Assembly: GCA_040386535.1 (NCBI GenBank)
Contig: JAZKFH010000012.1
Span: 32,001 to 96,000 of the forward strand
Origin: Myxococcota bacterium
Lineage (GTDB): Bacteria; Myxococcota_A; UBA796; SXON01
DNA length: 64,000 nt
Direction of reading: 5' to 3'
The notes under the pieces: model-generated
What the model was told of the DNA's origin: nothing
Databases searched by the model: none
Seen by the model: only the letters and a program-made list of their open reading frames with translations
Shown: positions 10,581 to 24,643 of the stretch, piece by piece
How positions within the stretch are numbered: the first letter of the stretch is position 1
Layout: each line of letters begins with the position of its first letter
Translations under genes and position numbers: made by a program

Positions 10581-12020
10581 ATGGGGCTGGAGATCAAGCA
10601 GAACCTGCGGCTCCAGCAAACGCTCGCGATCACGCCCCAGCTGCAACAGGCGATCAAGCTCCTCCAGCTGAACCACATGGAGCTCGTCGAGCAGGTCCAA
10701 CAGGAGATGTTGGAGAACCCGACGCTCGAAGAGGTCCCCGACACCGCGGTGGACACCACGAGCGACGCCGAGCGTGCGTTGGAGACCCAGGCGGCCGAGG
10801 TAAATCGGGACGTCGAGGAGCAGAACAACGGCCAGGGCGACGATGTCGACTGGAACAAGTACATGGAGAGCCAGGGCTCCGACCAGGGCCCGCCGCGCGG
10901 CGCGAGCGGCCTGGAGGAGCTCCCCCCGATCGAGACCAACCTCGTCGGGCGCGAGTCCCTGGCCGAGCACCTCGAGTGGCAGCTCCAGATGCAGAGCTGC
11001 ACCGACGGCGAACGCGCCGCGGCGATGCTCATCATCCGCAACCTCGACGATCGGGGTTGGCTCTCGGTGCTCCTGAGTGACCTGGTCGAGGGCCAGGATG
11101 TCGATCTCGAGGACTTCGAAGGCGCGCTGGACATCGTTCAGCACCTCGATCCGCTCGGATGTGGCGCGCGCAGCCTCGAGGAGTGCCTGCTCGTCCAGGT
11201 CGGCATCATCTACCCGGACGACTGCACGTTCGTCGTGCTGATCAAGAACCACCTCGGGGACTTCGAGAAGCGCAACTACGCCGCCATCGCCAAGGCGCTC
11301 CAGATCGACATGGAGGACGTGGGCGAGTACCACCGGATGCTCAAGGTGCTCGAGCCTTGGCCGGGTCGGGACTACACAGCGGCGGAACCGCAGTACATCT
11401 CCCCCGACGTCCACGTGTTCAAGATCGGGGACGAGTGGCAGGTGCTGCAGAACGAAGACGGGCTCCCGAAGCTGCGGATCAGCAAGCATTACAAGCAGAT
11501 CCTGCAGGGCAAGGACTCGACACGCGCGGAGCGCGACTACATCAAGGAGCGGCTCAACAGCGCCGACTTCCTGATCAAGTCGATCTACAAGCGCCAGAAC
11601 ACCATCGGGCGCGTCATGCGCTGCATCATCAAGCGGCAGGCGGACTTCTTCGATCACGGTCCCGAGCAGCTCCGCCCGATGGTCCTCCGGGACGTGGCAG
11701 ACGAGCTCGGAGTCCACGAGTCAACGGTCTCCCGGGTGACCTCGAACAAGTACGTCCAGTGCCCGCAGGGCATCTTCGAGCTCAAGTTCTTCTTCAACAA
11801 CGGGGTCAACGCCGTCCATGGCGAGCAGGTGGCGGCGGAGACCGTGAAGCGGCGCATCAAGAAGATGATCGCCGCGGAGGACGCCTCGAACCCGCTGTCG
11901 GACGACGCCGTGGTCCGCGTATTGCAGAAGGAGAACATCGACATCGCTCGCCGTACGGTCGCGAAATACCGCGAGGCCATGGGGATTCTCCCGTCCTCGA
12001 AACGTCGCAATGTGTGTTGA
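10581..12020 (+). CDS. rpoN: RNA polymerase sigma-54 factor
   Basis: TPQLQQAIKLLQL, ENPTLE, HESTVSRVTSNKY, RpoN box ARRTVAKYRE. Confidence 0.98.
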   Translation: MGLEIKQNLRLQQTLAITPQLQQAIKLLQLNHMELVEQVQQEMLENPTLEEVPDTAVDTTSDAERALETQAAEVNRDVEEQNNGQGDDVDWNKYMESQGSDQGPPRGASGLEELPPIETNLVGRESLAEHLEWQLQMQSCTDGERAAAMLIIRNLDDRGWLSVLLSDLVEGQDVDLEDFEGALDIVQHLDPLGCGARSLEECLLVQVGIIYPDDCTFVVLIKNHLGDFEKRNYAAIAKALQIDMEDVGEYHRMLKVLEPWPGRDYTAAEPQYISPDVHVFKIGDEWQVLQNEDGLPKLRISKHYKQILQGKDSTRAERDYIKERLNSADFLIKSIYKRQNTIGRVMRCIIKRQADFFDHGPEQLRPMVLRDVADELGVHESTVSRVTSNKYVQCPQGIFELKFFFNNGVNAVHGEQVAAETVKRRIKKMIAAEDASNPLSDDAVVRVLQKENIDIARRTVAKYREAMGILPSSKRRNVC

Positions 12021-12037
12021 GTTGGGAGGAATGGCAG

Positions 12038-12328
12038 ATGGATTTGGAGTTCACCTTCCGCAACGTCGAGCCCACCGAGGCGATCAAGGCCTGGGCCAAC
12101 AAGCGCTTCCAGAAGGTCACCAAGCACCTCAAGGACCCGTCCTCGGCTCACATCGAGCTGTCCGTCGACAAGCACCGGCACCGCGCCGAGCTCACCGTTC
12201 ACAGCCACGGTGACATCCTTCGCGCCAGTGACGAAACGGACGACCTCTACACCACCCTCGACCAGGTGATGCAGAAGCTCGAGGCCGCAGCCCAGCGCCA
12301 GAAAGAGCGCACCACGGTGACCCGCTAA
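12038..12328 (+). CDS. hpf: Ribosome hibernation promoting factor (short form, RaiA/HPF)
   Basis: MDLEFTFRNVEPTEAIKAWANKRFQKV...DDLYTTLDQVMQKLE...KER; follows rpoN; GGAGG RBS. Confidence 0.9.
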   Translation: MDLEFTFRNVEPTEAIKAWANKRFQKVTKHLKDPSSAHIELSVDKHRHRAELTVHSHGDILRASDETDDLYTTLDQVMQKLEAAAQRQKERTTVTR

Positions 12329-12383
12329 TCGTCGTCACGCGTAGCGCGGGGAGCCGTTCCGAGCGCATCTGTGCCCACCGGTC

Positions 12384-12412
12384 TTGACGCGACCGGCCAA
12401 CACCGACATACT
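12384..12412 (+). promoter_or_regulatory. Sigma-70-type promoter of metK
   Basis: TTGACG-N17-CATACT, ending about 60 nt upstream of the metK ATG. Confidence 0.65.
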
Positions 12413-12473
12413 CCTCGCGCCGTTTATGCCCCGCCCCCAGGCGGGGCGCTTGCTTAAGAGGAATCCAAACTCC

Positions 12474-13661
<1,188 letters not shown>

Positions 13662-13684
13662 CGACGGGCCGTGGTCGAGAGGGG

Positions 13685-13716
13685 GGCTCGGCTTCGGCCG
13701 GGCCTTCTTTGTTTTT
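13685..13716 (+). terminator. Intrinsic terminator of metK
   Basis: GGCTCGGC-TTCG-GCCGGGCC followed by TTCTTTGTTTTT. Confidence 0.85.
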
Positions 13717-13741
13717 GCGGCAGTCGCTTGGGAGCCGTGCC

Positions 13742-13772
13742 AAAACGAGAGAGGGCCGCCCCGTGGCGGCCC
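13742..13772 (-). terminator. Intrinsic terminator of sdhCAB
   Basis: Minus strand GGGCCGCC-ACGG-GGCGGCCC-TCTCTCGTTTT. Confidence 0.75.
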
Positions 13773-13797
13773 CGTCGGGTAACCGAACGATCCGGTT

Positions 13798-14567
13798 CTA
13801 GCCGCCGTCCCCGCCGCTCACGTGGGGGGACTTCAACAGGTTCGCAACGGTGAACTCGCCGTTCATCCGCGCGATGCTCGTGAGCGGGATCGCCTTCGGG
13901 CACGCCTCGGCACATTCGCCGTGCCAGGTGCAGTGCCCGAAGTCCTGCTTGTCCATCGCCAGGACCATGTTGGTGGCGCGCTCGTAGCGCTCCGGCTCGC
14001 CCTGGGGGAGCAGGTTGAGGTGCGCGACCTTGGCGCTCGTGAAGAGCATCGCGGAGGCGTTGGGGCAGGCCGCCACACACGCGCCGCACTGGATGCATGC
14101 GGCGTTGTCGAACGACTGGTCGGCCAGGCTCTTCGGGACGGGCGTGGAGTTCGCCTCGGGGGCGCTGCCCGTGTTCACGCTGACGAACCCGCCGGCCTGC
14201 ACGATGCGGTCCATCGAGGCGCGGTCGACCACGAGGTCCTTGAGGATCGGGAACGCGCTGGCGCGCCAGGGCTCGAGGTACAGCTCGTCGCCGTCCTTGA
14301 ACGAGCGCATGTGGAGCTGACACACGGTCGTGCGCGGCATGGGCCCGTGGGGACGGCCGTTGATCATGAAGCCGCAGCTGCCGCAGATGCCCTCGCGGCA
14401 GTCGTGCTCGAAGGCGACGGGGTCCTGCCCCTCGCCGGCGAGCCGCTCGTTGAGCACGTCGAGCATCTCGAGGAACGACATGTGCTCGCTCACGTTGCTC
14501 ACGGCGTACTTCGCGAAGGCACCGGCGGCGGTGCGCTCCTTCTGGCGCCACACATGGAGAGTGAGGT

Positions 14568-14571
<4 letters not shown>
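13798..14571 (-). CDS. sdhB: Succinate dehydrogenase/fumarate reductase iron-sulfur subunit
   Basis: [37 protein letters not shown] start overlaps the sdhA TGA. Confidence 0.96.
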
Positions 14572-16493
<1,922 letters not shown>

Positions 16494-17177
16494 CTACTTC
16501 ACCAGTCCGAGGAGGATGGCGGCGGCGATCGCGACGTTGCCGCCGACGATGAGGGCGGTGACGCCGGACGCGGCGAGCTTGGCGAGGTGCTGCTGGCGGT
16601 CGGTCGCGAGGCCGAGCGTGCGGAACATCGCGTACCCGCCGTGGAAGAGGTGCATCCCGAGCAGCACGTTCGCGACGATGTAGAAGATGCCCCAGCCCGG
16701 CAGCGAGAGCAGCGCCACGGTGTTGTGGTAGGCCTCGGGCGCGCCGAAGCCCTCGGCGCCCTCCTGCATCCGGAAGTCGGGGTGGACCAGGCCGAACGTC
16801 AGGTTCAGCAGGTGCAGCACCACGAACACGAGGATGATCGGGCCGGAGATCTGCATGGTGCGCGAGTAGATGGTCGACGCGCGGCTCTGCTTGACCTTGT
16901 AGGCGACCGGGCGCGCCGCGCTCGAGCGCATCCGCAGGTTCACCCACGAGAAGATGTGCGCCACGATGGCCAGCAGCAGGCCGATGCGGGCCGGCCAGAT
17001 GACCTCGGGGAACGTGTGCAGGAACACGCTGTGGTGGTTGTGGAACTCGGGGCCCCAGAACACCAAGAGGTTGCCCGCCATGTGTACGATCAGAAAGCCG
17101 TACATGGCGGCGCCCGTCAGGGCCATGATGACCTTCGCGCCCACCGTCGAGCGCGAGAAGGTGAGGAGCCAGCTCAT
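16494..17177 (-). CDS. sdhC: Succinate dehydrogenase cytochrome b558 subunit (single large anchor)
   Basis: STVGAKVIMALTG...FLIVHMAGNL, five TM segments with His ligands, HLFHG. Confidence 0.92.
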   Translation of the reverse strand: MSWLLTFSRSTVGAKVIMALTGAAMYGFLIVHMAGNLLVFWGPEFHNHHSVFLHTFPEVIWPARIGLLLAIVAHIFSWVNLRMRSSAARPVAYKVKQSRASTIYSRTMQISGPIILVFVVLHLLNLTFGLVHPDFRMQEGAEGFGAPEAYHNTVALLSLPGWGIFYIVANVLLGMHLFHGGYAMFRTLGLATDRQQHLAKLAASGVTALIVGGNVAIAAAILLGLVK

Positions 17178-17354
17178 CGGTAGCCTCGGTGGCGTCGTTG
17201 CGTCGGGGTCCACGAATGTATCCGGTCGCGACCGCCGGGGCCACGGTTCGGGCCCCCCGGATCACGCTGGCGAGGCCTCCTCCAAGGACGGGCACGAGGA
17301 CGCTGGCGCCCGCGCCTAGGGTCCGCTAAATGGTGCCGCTTATCGGAGACGGCG

Positions 17355-18524
17355 ATGGCTGATACCAAGAAGGTCTTGTTCGAGATCACCGAGGAACACC
17401 TCGACACGGGGCTTCGTGGATTCCCCGTCGGAACCTGTAGGACTTCGTCGGTCGACCCGATGGAGGGCGTGCACTACGTCGGCTACCCCGTGGCCGACCT
17501 CGCGCTGCTCGACCCCGAAGCGGTCGTCTACCTGCTCTTCAACAAGGAGCTCCCCAACGCCGAGCAGCTCACCGCCTTCAAGGCGGACCTCGCGAGCCGC
17601 GCCAAGGTCGATCGCTCGGTGATCGACATGCTCAAGGTGCTCCCGAAGGAAGGCCACCCGATGGAGTGGCTCATCGCGGGCCTCACCTTCCTCGGCATGA
17701 CCGGCAAGACCGGTGACTTCCGGGAGGACGGTCTGAACATGATCGCCCGCTCGGGCGAGCTCATCGCGAACATCTTCCGCATCCGCTCCGGCTGGGGTGA
17801 CCCCATCCCGAGCAAGCCCGAGCTCGGGCTCGTCGAGAACATGGTCCACATGATGGGCGCCCCGGACGCCGATGCCGAGAAGCTCATCAAGCTCCTCCGC
17901 ATCTACTACGTGCTCCACGCCGATCACGGCGGCGGCAACCTCTCCACGTTCGTCGGCAAGTCTGTCGCGTCCGGCCTCGCCGATCAGTACAGCTCCCTCG
18001 CCGCGTCGATGGCCGGGCTCTACGGCCCCCTGCACGGCCGCGCGAACCAGGAGTGCCTGGAGTTCATCCAGAAGGTCGGCAGCACCGACCCGGACACGGT
18101 CGAGTCCTTCGTCCGCAACGAGGTCGCCACCGGCGGCAAGATCTACGGCTTCGGGCACGCCGTGCTCCGCGCCGAGGATCCCCGCGCCAAGGTGCAGTAC
18201 GCCCTCGGCGAGGAGCTCTGCCCGAACGACCCGTGGTTCCGCACCTCGGTCGTCCTCCGTGAGCGCGCCGTGAAGGTCCTCAAGGAGAACCCGAAGATCC
18301 AGAACCCGTACCCCAACGTCGACGCGGTCTCCGGCGCCCTCACGAACGCGTGCGGCCTGAAGGATCCCGAGTACTACACGGTGCTGTTCGGCTTCTCCCG
18401 CATCTCGGGCATCGCCGCCCAGATCGTGGACGAGCGGCTCGTCGCCCGCGGTGGCAAGGGCGTGCCGATCTACCGCTGCAAGTACATCGCGAAGGACCAG
18501 CCCAAGCGCCGTCTGAACGCGTAA
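17355..18524 (+). CDS. gltA: Citrate synthase
   Basis: HADHGGGNLST, GPLHGRANQE, GFGHAVLR, YPNVD catalytic motifs. Confidence 0.93.
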   Translation: MADTKKVLFEITEEHLDTGLRGFPVGTCRTSSVDPMEGVHYVGYPVADLALLDPEAVVYLLFNKELPNAEQLTAFKADLASRAKVDRSVIDMLKVLPKEGHPMEWLIAGLTFLGMTGKTGDFREDGLNMIARSGELIANIFRIRSGWGDPIPSKPELGLVENMVHMMGAPDADAEKLIKLLRIYYVLHADHGGGNLSTFVGKSVASGLADQYSSLAASMAGLYGPLHGRANQECLEFIQKVGSTDPDTVESFVRNEVATGGKIYGFGHAVLRAEDPRAKVQYALGEELCPNDPWFRTSVVLRERAVKVLKENPKIQNPYPNVDAVSGALTNACGLKDPEYYTVLFGFSRISGIAAQIVDERLVARGGKGVPIYRCKYIAKDQPKRRLNA

Positions 18525-18607
18525 GCGAGCTTCGCCGGGCGTCCTCGGGCGCCCGGCATCCGCAGGCCGCCCTGGGATGACCGCCTCGGGATGAAGGGGG
18601 GAGACCG

Positions 18608-19908
<1,301 letters not shown>

Positions 19909-19912
<4 letters not shown>

Positions 19913-21144
19913 AGCTTCACGAGTACCAAGGTAAAGAGCTCCTCCGCAAGCACGGCGTCTCCACGCTGGCAGGGGGCGCCGCGCGCACGGTCGATGAGGC
20001 CGTCACCGTCGCCGAGTCCCTCGGCGGGTCGGTGTGGGTGGTCAAGTCGCAGATCCACGCGGGTGGGCGCGGCAAGGGCCGCTTCAAGGGCGACGTGGCC
20101 GACGAGGTCCTCGCGCAGGTCCTCGAGGGCGTCGACAACCTGCCCGGCAAGGGCGGGGTTCGCGTCTGCACCTCGACCGACGCGGTGCGCGCCGCGGCGC
20201 AGGCGTTCCTGGGGAACACCCTCGTCACCAAGCAGACCGGCGCGGCCGGTAGCCTCGTGCAGACCCTCTTCGTCGAGGCGGGCTGCCAGATCGTGAAGGA
20301 GTACTACCTCGCGATCCTGCTCGACCGCGCCACCAGCCGCGTGCTGGTCATGGCGTCGGCCGAGGGCGGCACCGAGATCGAGGAGGTCGCCGAGCACCAC
20401 CCCGAGCGGATCCTGAAGGAGTGGGTCGATCCGGTCGCCGGCCTCGGCGCCTGGCAGGCCCGTCGTCTCGCGTTCGGGCTCGGCCTCACCGGCAAGACCG
20501 TGAACAGCTTCGTGAAGCTGGTCCTCGGGCTGTACCGCACGTACGACGCGATCGACGCCTCGATGCTCGAGATCAACCCGCTGGTGGTCACGGCCGCCGG
20601 CGACACGATCCCGCTCGACGCGAAGGTCACGATCGACGACAACGCGCTGTTCCGCCACCCCGACATCGTGCAGATGCGCGATCTCGCCGAGGAGGACCCC
20701 GCGGAGATCGAGGCCGGCAAGTACGACCTCTCCTACGTCAAGCTCGACGGCACCATCGGCTGCCTCGTGAACGGCGCGGGTCTCGCGATGGCGACCATGG
20801 ACATCATCAAGTTCTACGGTGAAGAGCCGGCGAACTTCCTCGATGTCGGCGGCGGCGCCACGAAGGAGAAGGTCACCGCGGCCTTCAAGATCATCACCCG
20901 CGATCCCGCGGTGAAGGGCATCCTCGTCAACATCTTCGGCGGCATCATGAAGTGTGATGTCATCGCCGAGGGCGTGCTCACGGCGGTGCGCGAGGTGGGC
21001 CTGTCCGTGCCCCTGGTGGTGCGCCTCGAGGGCACCAACGTCGAGCTCGGCAAGAAGATCCTGGCGGAGAGCGGCCTCGCCGTCATCCCCGCCGACACGA
21101 TGGCGGACGCGGCCGAGAAGATCGTTGCCGCTGTGAGGGCGTAG
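19909..21144 (+). CDS. sucC: Succinyl-CoA ligase beta subunit
   Basis: [50 protein letters not shown]. Confidence 0.98.
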
Positions 21145-21147
21145 ACC

Positions 21148-22026
21148 ATGGCCATCCTCGTCGATTCCAACACCCGCCTCGTCTGCCAGGGCATCACCGG
21201 CTCGGCCGGCGCGTTCCACTGCGGCCAGATGCTGGCCTACGGCACCAAGCTCGTCGCGGGCGTCACCCCCGGAAAGGGCGGCACCCTCTTCAACGACGCG
21301 GTGCCCATCTACGACACCGTGGCCGACGCGGTGCGTGAGACCGGCGCCAACGCCACCGTCATCTTCGTGCCGCCGCCGTTCGCGGCCGACGCGATCATGG
21401 AGGCCGCGGACGCCGGCGTGAAGCTGATCGTGCCGATCACCGAGGGCATCCCGGTGAAGGACATGATCATCGCGTGGCGCTACCTGCAGGGCAAGGACGT
21501 GCGGATGATCGGGCCCAACTGCCCCGGCATCATCACCCCCGGCCAGTGCAAGATCGGCATCATGCCGGGCCACATCCACACGCCGGGCCGCATCGGCGTG
21601 CTCTCGCGTTCGGGCACCCTGACCTACGAGGCGGTGGGCCAGCTCTCCCGCGTCGGGCTCGGGCAGTCGACCGCGATCGGCATCGGTGGCGATCCGATCA
21701 TCGGCACCAAGCACATCGACGCGCTCAAGCTCTTCAATGACGACCCCGACACCGACGCGGTCATCATGATCGGCGAGATCGGCGGAAGCGCCGAGGAAGA
21801 GGCGTGCGCGTGGGCCAAGGTGCACATGAAGAAGCCTGTCATCGGCTTCATCGCGGGCGCCACCGCCCCGCCGGGCCGCCGCATGGGCCACGCGGGCGCG
21901 ATCATCTCCGGCGGGCAGGGCACCGCCGAGGCGAAGTACCAGGCGATGGAGGATGCCGGCATCCACATCGTCCGTAGCCCCGCCGAGATGGGCCGCAAGA
22001 TGGCGCAGGTGCTCGGCAAGGCGTAG
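21148..22026 (+). CDS. sucD: Succinyl-CoA ligase alpha subunit
   Basis: [43 protein letters not shown]. Confidence 0.98.
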   Translation: MAILVDSNTRLVCQGITGSAGAFHCGQMLAYGTKLVAGVTPGKGGTLFNDAVPIYDTVADAVRETGANATVIFVPPPFAADAIMEAADAGVKLIVPITEGIPVKDMIIAWRYLQGKDVRMIGPNCPGIITPGQCKIGIMPGHIHTPGRIGVLSRSGTLTYEAVGQLSRVGLGQSTAIGIGGDPIIGTKHIDALKLFNDDPDTDAVIMIGEIGGSAEEEACAWAKVHMKKPVIGFIAGATAPPGRRMGHAGAIISGGQGTAEAKYQAMEDAGIHIVRSPAEMGRKMAQVLGKA

Positions 22027-22054
22027 CACTCGAGGGTCCTTCGTGGACTCGAAC

Positions 22055-22090
22055 AGGGGTCGGCCGCGAGGCCGGCCCCTTCTTCGTTTT
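22055..22090 (+). terminator. Intrinsic terminator after sucD
   Basis: AGGGGTCGGCC-GCGA-GGCCGGCCCCT-TCTTCGTTTT. Confidence 0.85.
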
Positions 22091-22140
22091 ACAGGACGTC
22101 GCGGACGAGATAGAGCGCCGGCCCCTTCCAGGAGCATCCC

Positions 22141-22560
22141 ATGGCCACCGAGCGCACCCTCTCCATCATCAAGCCCGACGCCGTCAAGAACCAGAACATC
22201 GGCGCGATCATCGCCCGCTTCGAGTCCGAAGGCCTCCGCATCGCCGCCGCGAAGAAGGTCCAGCTCGATCGTCGTGAGGCCGAGGGCTTCTACGCCGAGC
22301 ACGCCGGCCGCGGCTTCTTCGGCGAGCTCGTCGAGTTCATGACCTCCGGCCCCGTGGTCGTGATGGTGCTCGAGGGCGACGACGCGATCGCGAAGAACCG
22401 CACCATCATGGGCGCCACCAACCCCGCCAACGCCGCCGAGAACACCCTCCGCAAGCTCTTCGCCGCGTCCGTCGGCGAGAACGCCGTGCACGGCTCCGAT
22501 TCCCCCGCGTCGGCCGCCCGTGAAGTGTCCTACTTCTTCGCCGCCACCGAGATCCTCTAA
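22141..22560 (+). CDS. ndk: Nucleoside diphosphate kinase
   Basis: [38 protein letters not shown]. Confidence 0.98.
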   Translation: MATERTLSIIKPDAVKNQNIGAIIARFESEGLRIAAAKKVQLDRREAEGFYAEHAGRGFFGELVEFMTSGPVVVMVLEGDDAIAKNRTIMGATNPANAAENTLRKLFAASVGENAVHGSDSPASAAREVSYFFAATEIL

Positions 22561-22636
22561 GAACGCGCGTCCCTGATCTCCGCTATGCTGTCGCCTCTCC
22601 GGACATCTCGTTCCGGACATCTCGGAGGGAGACGCC

Positions 22637-23416
22637 ATGGCGAAGCAGATCGGGGACGGCTTCCACCTCAAGTTCACGATCGGCAAGGCCCTGTGGAACG
22701 ACATGTTCCGCGTGGGCCTCCCGTTCAAGGTGTCCGACGGGCAGTTCGACCTCGTCGACAACCTGCGCTCGGGCTTCAAGCGGCTCGAGGTCCGGGAGAA
22801 GGTGAGGGGGCTGCTGGAGGATCGTGAGGTCCCCCAGGTGCTCCTGCGCGGCAAGGAGATCGCCAAGACCGTGTGGGGCCACCGCCGCGAGCAGGTGTAC
22901 CGCGTCGTGAACGAGATGGTGCGCGTCGAGGGAGACTGGAAGGTCGAGGTCGACCAGGAAGGCTCCGAGTTCAAGTACTCGCACCAGCGCTTCGGCGTCG
23001 AGGCCCACGTCAAGGCCGTCGCCACCGGCAAGGTGTACCTGCTCCGCCAGAACATCGAGTTCCCGTTCGTGCTGGAGAAGCGCATCGGCGCCGAGGCCGC
23101 CCTGGGCGACATCCGGTACGACAAGGAGCGCCGCGCGCTCGTGGGCCACCTCGAGGACGTGACGGTCGACCTCGGGGACAACTTCATCCTCCAGCTGCTC
23201 AACCGCGGCGCCGAGTACCTGCTGGCCCAGCAGACCCCCAAGGTGAACCCGGTCCAGATCCTCAAGAAGGATCAGATCGAGGAGATGATCAGCCCCGCCG
23301 GCGGCCCGCTGCGGCTCAAGATGGGCGTCGAGGACGTTGCGCTCGACATCGACGAGGACGAGCTCACCCTCAAGGTGAAGTTCGGCTTCGCCCAGCTGCA
23401 GATCGAAGGCAGCTGA
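22637..23416 (+). CDS. Hypothetical beta-rich protein
   Basis: GGAGGGAG RBS, strongly host-like codon use, TGATG overlap with the next gene; no family recognised. Confidence 0.8.
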   Translation: MAKQIGDGFHLKFTIGKALWNDMFRVGLPFKVSDGQFDLVDNLRSGFKRLEVREKVRGLLEDREVPQVLLRGKEIAKTVWGHRREQVYRVVNEMVRVEGDWKVEVDQEGSEFKYSHQRFGVEAHVKAVATGKVYLLRQNIEFPFVLEKRIGAEAALGDIRYDKERRALVGHLEDVTVDLGDNFILQLLNRGAEYLLAQQTPKVNPVQILKKDQIEEMISPAGGPLRLKMGVEDVALDIDEDELTLKVKFGFAQLQIEGS

Positions 23417-24027
23417 TGCTCTGGCGGCCGGGGAAGACCAAGGCAAAGGAGCGCTCCTCCGAGCGGCTCCCCCCCGGCCAACGCCTCGTGAAGGGCTGGC
23501 CGGTGCTGCACGAGGGCGAGGTCCCCACGTTCGACCCGGAGACCTGGCGCTTCCGCGTGTGGGGGGAGGTCGAGACGCAGCTGGAGTGGACGTGGGACGA
23601 GGTCCAGGCGCTCCCGCGGATGGAGACGACCCAGGACTTCCACTGCGTCACCACCTGGTCCAAGTACGACAACCGGTGGTCGGGTGTGGCCGTGCGCGAG
23701 GTCCTCGCCCGCGCCGGGGTGCGCGCGAGCGCGGCCCACGTGTTGGTCCACTGCTACGACGCGCTCGGCTACACCACGAACCTGCCCCTGGCCGACTTCG
23801 ACCGCGCGGACAACCTGTTCGCGCTCGCCCACGACGGCGCGCCGCTCCCCCCCGATCACGGCGGCCCCATCCGGCTCGTCGTGCACCACCTCTACGCGTG
23901 GAAGTCGGCGAAGTGGGTGTCGGGGGTCGAGGTGCTGCCGAAGGACGTGCGCGGCTACTGGGAGGAGCGCGGGTACCACAACCGCGCGGATCCCTGGCTC
24001 GAAGAGCGGTACTCCTACCAGGAGTGA
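23416..24027 (+). CDS. Sulfite-oxidase-like molybdopterin oxidoreductase (cytoplasmic, YuiH/MsrP-like)
   Basis: RLPPGQ...WPVLH, DFHCVTTWS (Mo-ligating Cys), YTTNLPL, HGGPIRL, WKSAKW, GYWEERGYH. Confidence 0.9.
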   Translation: MLWRPGKTKAKERSSERLPPGQRLVKGWPVLHEGEVPTFDPETWRFRVWGEVETQLEWTWDEVQALPRMETTQDFHCVTTWSKYDNRWSGVAVREVLARAGVRASAAHVLVHCYDALGYTTNLPLADFDRADNLFALAHDGAPLPPDHGGPIRLVVHHLYAWKSAKWVSGVEVLPKDVRGYWEERGYHNRADPWLEERYSYQE

Positions 24028-24039
24028 GCCCGCTCGCTT

Positions 24040-24636
24040 CTACGGCCGCCCGTTCACCCAGCCGCGCCACGGATGCCCGGGCACGCCGATCCGCAGCGCC
24101 ACCACGCCCTGGAGCGCCGCGACGGGCACCGGGCCCCACCAGCGCGAATCCAAGGCGGCGTCCCGCGCGTCGGCGCCCAGGAACGCGGTGCCGTCGGGCA
24201 CGCCCGACTCCTCCAGGCCCCACCGCACCGGGCGCGCGGCGAGCTCGACCAGGTGCGGGCCCTCGGTCCGCACCACCCGCGTGGTGTTCCGGTCCATCTC
24301 CAGGACCCGCGGTGCATCGGACCCGGCGGTGTGGAACACACCGTCCTCGTAGCGCACCGCGCCCCCGAGGGTCTCGACGCGGCGGAGGGTCCACCGCGCG
24401 GGGTCGAGGGGGTCGACGAGGGCGACGATGTCGCCGGTGCGGACCTCCATCGGGAGGACCACCACGAGGTCTCCCGCGAGGAAGGAGGGCGCCATCTCGT
24501 CGTCGGGCACCCACGCGAGCCGGGGGAGGACGAGGGCCGCCGTGAGCGCGACAACCCCGCCCGCGACCCCGAGCGCGCGGAGGGACCGAGGGGAGACGCG
24601 CGGCGGCTCGTGGGCGCTCGGCCCGTCCACCCTCAC
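24040..24636 (-). CDS. Signal peptidase I (S26)-like membrane protein lacking the catalytic Ser/Lys
   Basis: TM helix then VPDDEMAPSFLAGDLVVV, GDIVAL, TLRRV, FLGADARDAALDSRWWGPVP (S26 boxes B-E). Confidence 0.78.
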   Translation of the reverse strand: MRVDGPSAHEPPRVSPRSLRALGVAGGVVALTAALVLPRLAWVPDDEMAPSFLAGDLVVVLPMEVRTGDIVALVDPLDPARWTLRRVETLGGAVRYEDGVFHTAGSDAPRVLEMDRNTTRVVRTEGPHLVELAARPVRWGLEESGVPDGTAFLGADARDAALDSRWWGPVPVAALQGVVALRIGVPGHPWRGWVNGRP

Positions 24637-24643
24637 CCGAGCC

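Noticed and set aside
12038..12328. hpf as a truncated pseudogene
   Set aside because: Short single-domain HPF is a known natural form; it has a clean RBS and stop, and I saw no downstream remnant of a C-terminal domain.
12413..12473. SAM riboswitch upstream of metK
   Set aside because: Only a simple GCCCCGCC/GGCGGGGC hairpin in a leader of about 55 nt; I could not match SAM-I, SAM-II, SAM-V or SAM-SAH consensus by eye. An Rfam scan would settle it.
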